Shown here one piece after another: positions 60,556-64,000 of a DNA stretch of 64,000 bases (the stretch's first letter is position 1; each line of letters starts with the position of its first letter). A model generated the notes under the pieces. It did not search any database and was not told where the DNA came from. It worked only from the letters and a program-made list of their open reading frames with translations. The translations under genes and the position numbers were made by a program. Source of the DNA: Octopus sinensis (Eukaryota); assembly GCF_006345805.1 (NCBI RefSeq), contig NC_043001.1, forward strand, positions 135,842,001 through 135,906,000. Direction: 5' to 3'.

Positions 60556-60874
60556 AAGTCTTCGTCTTCGTCGCCCTTTTCAAGCCGAACTAGGCTCATG
60601 GGCCCGGTTCCCGGGTTTCTGTGGCATAAGTGTTCCCTCCAGCTGGACAGGACGCCAGTCCATCGCAGCGTTACTCAAGAAACAGGAAGAGAGAGTGAGA
60701 GAGAGTTGTGGCGAAAGAGTACAACAGGGATCGCCACCCACCCTCCTGCCGGAGACTCGTGGAGGTTTTAGGTGTTTTCGCTCAATAAACACACACAATG
60801 CCCGGTATGGGAATCGAAACCGCGATCCTCCAACTGCGAGTCCGCTGCTCTAACCACTGGGCCATTGCGCCTCC
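60556..60874 (-). mobile_element. SINE family D (tail 3)
   Basis: Same head and body; a third tail containing GCGATGGACTGGCGTCCTGTCCAG; TSD ATGTCATCTA. Confidence 0.9.
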
Positions 60875-60992
60875 ATGTCATCTACAGTAACGATATAATT
60901 TTCAGTGGATCTTTGTCAGGAAATCCGCAATGTCTGTTGAGTTTATAGTTGATAAAGGAAACGGAAGATGGATTTAGTACGAATCTTCATTC

Positions 60993-61093
60993 AGCACGAC
61001 GATCGTTTCAACCCATCCTGCATCTGATCCATTGGATATTGTGCATCTGGTTGAGTTGCATCAGTCAGTGCAGGCTGTATCACTTCAGGTGCT
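60993..61093 (-). ncRNA. Degenerate type I hammerhead-like motif
   Basis: Minus strand reads AGCAC-CUGAAGU (A9 changed to U), a long imperfect stem II (CCUGCA/UGCAGG, CUGAU/AUCAG), then GAAA-CGAUC-GUC-GUGCU. Confidence 0.5.
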
Positions 61094-61528
61094 TAGTATA
61101 GAAAAATATCCTACAAGATATACTGAGATCTCCTTGGCATGTTGCTCTGGCTGGTTGTACATTGGTACACTGACAGAGCGTTACCGGCGAATGCGGCTGG
61201 CTATAGTTGACCGTGAATATATAACATAAATTTAGATCATAAATGATAGAGAATAAAATCTGTCGAAGCAAGTTAAGATTAAGAAGGATAGGTATACACT
61301 CTTTGACATGAACAAATATACAGACGTACACGCACGCACAAACGCGTGTCGCCAATTAGATATTGTTTTATGTGGTTGCAATCTATTAATACGGTTTTAT
61401 AAAAGGCTGACATTTAGCTGTTATCTCGCGTCCTGCTGGGTATCAGATACCCCAGTCAGTCATAGGTGATTGATCATCAAGATGTTTATTTGGTGGACAA
61501 GCACACAGCACTTATCTTTGTTCTGATA

Positions 61529-61948
61529 TACTCTTTTATTCTCTCTTCTACTTGTTTCAGTCATTTTGACTGCGGCCATGCTGGAGCACCGCCTTTAATC
61601 GAGCAACTCGACCCCGGGACTTATTCTTTTGTAAGCCCAGTACTTATTTTATCGGTCTCTTTTGCCGAATCGCTAAGTAACGGGGACATAAGCACACCAG
61701 CCTCGGTTGTCAAGGAATGCTAGGGGGACAAATATAGACACACAAACACACACACGCACACACACATATATATATGCATATATACGACGGGCTTCTTTCA
61801 GTTTCCATCTACCAAATCCACTCACAAGGCCTTGGTCGGCCCGAGGCTATAGTAGAAGACAGTTGCCCAAGGTGCCACGCAGTGGGACTGAACCCGGAAC
61901 CATGTGGTTGGTAAACAAGATACTTACCACACAGTCACTCCTGCGCCT
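61529..61948 (-). mobile_element. SINE family A
   Basis: Full-length copy. Confidence 0.85.
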
Positions 61949-62260
61949 ATATGATATGGGTTTTTTTTTATTCATTAATCTTGATTTCAAATTTTGGAAC
62001 AAAACCAGCAATTTCAGGATAGAAGCTAAGTAAATTCAATCGATCCCAGTAATTACCTGGTACTTATTTTGTCGACTCAGAAGGTAAAAAAAAGCCAAAG
62101 TTGACCCTGGGGAAATTTGAACTCAGAACGTAAGGACGGACGAAATGCCGCTAAGCATTGTACCCTGGGTGCTAACGATTTTGCCTGCTCACCGACTTCT
62201 TTAATTCATTAACATTAATAAATCATAATTCATTGAAGGCAATTTTCTCAGTGGGGAAAG

Positions 62261-62742
62261 AAAAATCGGTGCTATTTTGGGAGGTGATCTACAAGGGAGA
62301 TTACTTCAGGTTACATTTTAGTCTGCTTTTCAGTTTCTAAAAACCCTAAGACATTGGCTTGAGACTTTTATAATGTGATAAGCGACGAGACGAAAGCAAT
62401 TGCATTTTTACAAGAAACCAGTACTAAATTCACATCATTTCTTAAGAAAAAACAAAGGTGCCACTTTGACGTGTAATCTACAATTTAAAGGGAGACAACT
62501 TTAGGTTACATTTTAGCCTAATTTGTGTTAGTGCTACATTCCGTGTGATCTATGTGAACAAATTTACTTTGCTGGGTGATCTACGCGCTTATTTTGATTA
62601 TCATATGGTTTTCTTATTATTAAAATAGTAAGAATTTTAAAAAATACATTTACAATGCTGTGTACAAAATAATTTATACTCTTTATAAAGTAACCTGAAG
62701 TAATCTCCCTTGTAGATCACATGCTACAGTAGCACCGAAAAA
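62261..62742. mobile_element. MITE with about 55-bp TIRs
   Basis: tcggtgcta...gtgatctacaagggagattacttcaggttac versus gtaacctgaagtaatctcccttgtagatcac...tagcaccga. Confidence 0.7.
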
Positions 62743-63767
62743 TGTTTTTGCTCCATAAGATATCCGAGAATACCTGTAATCCTCGGCGTTCTTAGATGTC
62801 TGGAAGCTATATATTCAGTAGTATGCAATGACATCTGATTTAGGCTCTAAGGGAACAACTTTAAGTTTAGTTGACTACATTAACATCTAAGGGTGAAAAG
62901 CGAAGTTAACGTCAGCAGGACTTGAACTCAGGTCGTGAACATCCCGAAAATTACGAAAAGATATTATGCTTGAGGCTGTAGCAATTCTGCCAACCCATCA
63001 CTCTGTTGAAGTACTTTATAACTGGTTTCAAATTTTGGCACAAGGCCAGCAGTTTTGGTACTTGTTTTGGATTTTTTCGGTTTGAACGACAGTTTTTAAC
63101 ATAATTTCTAGGTAACTAAAAAATTTTTAAACTTCGTATATTGGTAGAATGTGTTTATAAAACATCTTTTTCTCTTGGCTTTATTGAGAAAATTCTATAG
63201 TTTGTAAGATATTTGTTGTTGTTTTTTCTTCAATTTCTGCAATTTCAACCAATCAGTGACGTCTATTGAGGTGAAAAGCATTCTGTGCCGTATGAAGCAT
63301 TTTTAGAGAGTTATAGCCAAAAAATAGCAAAAAAAATTATGGTAATTTTTTTTTTAATCGTTGATTCATCGTAGACATTTTTAGAGAGTTACTTCCCTTA
63401 TATAATAGCAAAAAATGCATTAAAATGGAAAAAATGATGGTAATTTTTTTTTTAAATCGTAGACTCATCGTAGACGCGCGCTAATACCCAGAAGGGCTCG
63501 ATATGAATCACGACTATAAGATACCCGGTTTTGGTTAAACTGCACCGCAAAATGTGGGAGTAGTTAGGAATCTAAATCGTAGGAGACAGACACACAACTT
63601 CTCTTTTATATATAAAGGTATGCATAGGCGAAGGCGTGGCTGTGTGGTAAGAAGTTTGCTTCCTAACCACTACACTGATCCTGGGTTCAGTCCCACTGCA
63701 TGAGGTTTTGGGCAAGTGTCCTCTGCTATAGCCGCAGGTCAACCAAGGCCTTGTGGGTGAATTTTGT

Positions 63768-63833
<66 letters not shown>

Positions 63834-64000
63834 ATGTCTGTGCTTTACAACCGTTGTTTGTGTGCTTACGTTCCCTTAACGGTTCAGCAGAAACAATGAA
63901 CAAAATTAAATAAAAGCCCGATATATCAAGTACGAGGCTTTAAAAAATATATAAGTAGTGGTATCCATCCTAAACCCGTCAGGACGAGCCTTAGCATGGT

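Overview
This is AT-rich, microsatellite-dense eukaryotic genomic DNA. The tRNA-derived SINE families point to an octopus or other cephalopod, which is an inference from repeat content. One host gene is recognisable: four minus-strand coding exons (54670-54607, 45293-45117, 39808-39728, 31787-31695, all GT-AG and phase-consistent) encode the N-terminal 138 aa of a crystallin-J1/selenoprotein-J-like ADP-ribosylglycohydrolase-family protein. I could not find its 3' exons in the window. The rest is mostly transposon debris: at least five SINE families with swappable heads and tails; CR1, Tx1/L1, RTE and R4/Dong-like LINE fragments; a Chapaev3-like transposase pseudogene; mariner/Tc1, piggyBac-like and hAT-like MITEs; and non-autonomous Helitrons. 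There is also a 1.7-kb compound minisatellite. The most notable hidden signal is a set of type I hammerhead ribozyme motifs of the Penelope-like-element kind, with a palindromic stem III. One (9537-9639) has a fully canonical core and sits in a TSD-flanked fold-back insertion; four others are degenerate. Nearly all ORFs in the supplied track are repeat-derived artefacts. Repeat boundaries were read by eye and are approximate.
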